The notes beneath the pieces were generated by a model, which was given only the letters and a program-made list of their open reading frames with translations, was not told where the DNA came from and did not search any database. The position numbers and the translations under genes were made by a program. From Clostridia bacterium (lineage in GTDB: Bacteria; Bacillota; Clostridia; Oscillospirales; CAG-272), in the NCBI GenBank assembly GCA_017613355.1, contig JAGAEA010000032.1, positions 26,752 through 90,751 of the forward strand: a DNA stretch of 64,000 nt, given 5' to 3'. Below, piece after piece: positions 62,051 to 64,000 of the stretch. How positions within the stretch are numbered: the first letter of the stretch is position 1; every line of letters begins with the position of its first letter.

Positions 62051-62779
62051 TTATTCGGTTTCGGAGTAGAATTCTTTTCCGTCGTCCAGCCGCAGGCAGG
62101 CAAGCCGACCGTGAAGGAGTGTTCCGTGATAATGAACCTGTCCCAGCCCGCTTCCGCAGTCGATGCCAATCCGGTTATCACCGTACCAGATTGACAGATC
62201 TTCGTTGCTCTGATAGAAGCAGGTCGGCGTATGCCCGAAGATGACCGTGCGATCCGCGAAAAGCGGGGTTTCGGGTTCAATGCGTTCCCATGTGCAGAAT
62301 TCGCGCTTGGAAGTTTTCCATTTCCATGCCTCGTCATAAAAATCGGGCGGGATCCCGTGAACTAGTTCGTAGGGCGTTTCGTTTACCACGATTTGCACCG
62401 AGAGCGGTAGGGCGTTGACCTTTGCCATCAGGGATTCAATTTCGGATTGGCTCATCCCCTGCAATCCGTTCACAGTCACCCACCCGCCGTTGTGTCGCCA
62501 ATCCTTCCACGCCGACCGATTTGCGAAGATCGGGAAGAACGGGTCGTGCAGGTCGTATTCGCCAGAAAAGGTATTCAGCATCATCAATTCATGGTTGCCG
62601 AGCAGGACGGTCGCGTTTTCCATGGAGAGCAGTTGTTTCAGCAATTCGATCCCATGCTCCCCGCGGTCGATCACATCCCCGATAACATAGAGGTGATCGC
62701 CCGGTTGAAGGTCGATCTGTTTCATCACAGAATCAAACGCCTGCTTGTTCCCGTGAATATCCGATAGGACATAAATCAT
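62051..62779 (-). CDS. PPP-family Ser/Thr protein phosphatase (lambda/PrpE/ApaH-like metallophosphoesterase)
   Basis: It has the motifs SDIHGN, GDVIDRG, GNHE and GHTP. An AAGGAAGGA RBS precedes the ATG at 62779. Confidence 0.8.
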   Translation of the reverse strand: MIYVLSDIHGNKQAFDSVMKQIDLQPGDHLYVIGDVIDRGEHGIELLKQLLSMENATVLLGNHELMMLNTFSGEYDLHDPFFPIFANRSAWKDWRHNGGWVTVNGLQGMSQSEIESLMAKVNALPLSVQIVVNETPYELVHGIPPDFYDEAWKWKTSKREFCTWERIEPETPLFADRTVIFGHTPTCFYQSNEDLSIWYGDNRIGIDCGSGLGQVHYHGTLLHGRLACLRLDDGKEFYSETE

Positions 62780-62828
62780 GTGTTTTTCCTTCCTTTTTTG
62801 CCGTTTTTTGTATAGACGGTACGCAAAT

Positions 62829-63368
62829 TTACGGATGTTCCGCTTTGAACCGTTCGTTGTTGGCGACCAGTTCCTCAAAGGTGACAGGACGGTATCCGTT
62901 CAAATCGGCTCCCGCGTTCAGCATCCGATTGCGGACACGGATCAGCGACCAGAAGTCCAGAGTGGTATCTGTATGAATATGCCCGTAGATCATGTATGCC
63001 CGCTTGGGGTGGTTCCATGAGAGCAGCGGATAATGGCAGAGCGTCATACCGTGTTGCCCGTCCGAGGTTTCCAAGAGATGGTCAACGCTCTCGAAATACT
63101 TTCCGAGGTCAACCTTTTTCATCCACGACCCGTCGTGGTTGCCGATGAGCAGGCGTTTCTTCCCCTTGAGGCGCGAGAGAATGTTCTCCGCGTCCTTGGC
63201 GCGGAAGCAGAGATCTCCGAGAATGAACACGGTATCGTTGCTGCGTACCCGTTCGTTCCAGAGAGCGATCATGGCTTCGTCCATTTCTTCTGCCGTGTTC
63301 CACGGGCGGTTGCAGAACCGGATGATATTCTCATGCCCGAAGTGATTATCTGCTGTAAAGTAGATCAT
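62829..63368 (-). CDS. Small metallophosphoesterase family protein
   Basis: It has the motifs ADNHFGH, LGDL, GNHD and GHIH. The RBS is GAAAGGAG. Confidence 0.7.
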   Translation of the reverse strand: MIYFTADNHFGHENIIRFCNRPWNTAEEMDEAMIALWNERVRSNDTVFILGDLCFRAKDAENILSRLKGKKRLLIGNHDGSWMKKVDLGKYFESVDHLLETSDGQHGMTLCHYPLLSWNHPKRAYMIYGHIHTDTTLDFWSLIRVRNRMLNAGADLNGYRPVTFEELVANNERFKAEHP

Positions 63369-63563
63369 GGCGATACTCCTTTCTTCTGTATTGGCAGGAT
63401 CATTATATCACAGAAATCCCTTGCAAAGGTGGACAAAATGATAACAAAAAAGCCGCACTTTTTACCGGAAGTTCCGTCGGGATTTTTCGGTAAGCACGGC
63501 TCAATGAAAATCAGGCATAGTGTGTTTGCCACACCTTTTCAATCGGTTAAGGAAAGTCCGATT

Positions 63564-64000
63564 TTAATCTTCTTTTTTGTCCCAGTTTTTGATAACACGC
63601 TCCACTTCAGCAATCAACTGTTCCTTGTTCGGCATGTACAAGACATATTTGGAAGCAAAGATATTATTGGAAAGTCCGCCAAGAGCATATTGAACATCGA
63701 AGTTGCCTTTATCTGTACAGAGAATAATGCCTATCGGCGGATTGTCACTTTTATCATTGACTTCGTTTGCGTAGTAGTTGAGATACATATTCAGTTGTCC
63801 GACGGCTTCCGGCATCAACTTCGTGTTTTTCAGTTCAATCAGCACATACGAGCGCAGTATCTTGTTGTAGAAAACCATATCTACATAGTAGTGATGATTG
63901 TTGAATGTCACCCGCTGTTGCGTACCGACGAACATAAATCCGCGCCCCAGTTCCAACAGAAATTTTTCGATTTGGGCAACAAGTGCGGCTTCCAGATCGC
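63564..64000 (-). CDS. YhcG/DUF1016 PD-(D/E)xK nuclease-family protein, C-terminal part (gene continues past the window end)
   Basis: The frame stays open upstream of the track start, which is a TTG: ...DLEAALVAQIEKFLLELGRGFMFVGTQQRV...VLIELK is typical of the family. Confidence 0.65.
   Translation of the reverse strand, partial: DLEAALVAQIEKFLLELGRGFMFVGTQQRVTFNNHHYYVDMVFYNKILRSYVLIELKNTKLMPEAVGQLNMYLNYYANEVNDKSDNPPIGIILCTDKGNFDVQYALGGLSNNIFASKYVLYMPNKEQLIAEVERVIKNWDKKED

Larger units (their letters stand above)
25746..64000. mobile_element. Conjugative element (ICE or integrated conjugative plasmid), partial
   Basis: There is an abrupt switch from sugar-metabolism genes to VirD4, primase, relaxase, VirB2/3/4/6-like genes, a Tad pilus module, toxin-antitoxin genes, a methyltransferase and a Fic gene. 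The left junction lies somewhere in 25746-25869. No recombinase or att repeat is visible in the window. Membership of genes beyond about 62 kb is uncertain. Confidence 0.75.

Noticed and set aside
1-64000. Search for CRISPR arrays, tRNA/rRNA genes, IS elements with terminal inverted repeats, and reverse transcriptase or retron/DGR features.
   Set aside because: I could find no regularly spaced direct repeats, no cloverleaf-like or rRNA-like non-coding stretches (intergenic regions are short), no transposase-like ORF and no RT motif (YxDD) in any credible ORF.

Overview
64-kb window from a moderately GC-rich, Firmicutes/Clostridia-like genome, judged from GGAGG-type ribosome-binding sites (RBSs), frequent ATGA/GTGA/TGATG stop-start overlaps and very little non-coding DNA. 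It has two parts. (1) Positions 1 to about 25.7 kb are a chromosomal carbohydrate-utilisation locus. It holds an amino-sugar-type catabolic operon (isomerase-like, YjbQ, TIM-like, NagA-like, NagB-like, GNAT, cytoplasmic MBL hydrolase). It also holds three large modular exported paralogues plus an orphan ABC solute-binding lipoprotein, a ThuA/Gfo-Idh-MocA pair, an AraC regulator and a GH36 alpha-galactosidase. A divergent operon encodes a GH42-like protein, an AraM-like glycerol-1-phosphate dehydrogenase, an AraL-like HAD phosphatase and a mutarotase. (2) From about 25.8 kb to at least about 62 kb lies a conjugative element; its integrase and right end are not in the window. Its backbone encodes a VirD4-type coupling protein, a DUF3991/Toprim primase, a MobL/MobP3-type relaxase with accessory protein and a candidate oriT. 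It also encodes VirB2-, VirB6- and VirB3-like proteins and a VirB4 split into two cistrons. The most unusual feature is a complete Tad/Flp-type pilus gene set directly upstream of the VirB-like genes, on the same strand and tightly packed. This set comprises two flp copies, a pilin-like protein with a globular domain, an A24 prepilin peptidase, CpaB, a TadZ-like ATPase, CpaF/TadA, TadB, TadC and two TadE-like proteins, followed by a large adhesin-like protein. Accessory cassettes, most with near-consensus sigma-A promoters, include a HipA-like kinase, DinJ-YoeB, an orphan nucleotidyltransferase, an orphan Dam-class methyltransferase, an AAA+/DUF4143 ATPase, and a Fic protein followed by two metallophosphoesterases. 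At least eight otherwise unrelated element proteins end in an acidic tract followed by a (G)GMT(L/M)-like tail. I saw no rRNA, tRNA or CRISPR array. All family assignments come from motif recognition by eye and need HMM or BLAST confirmation.
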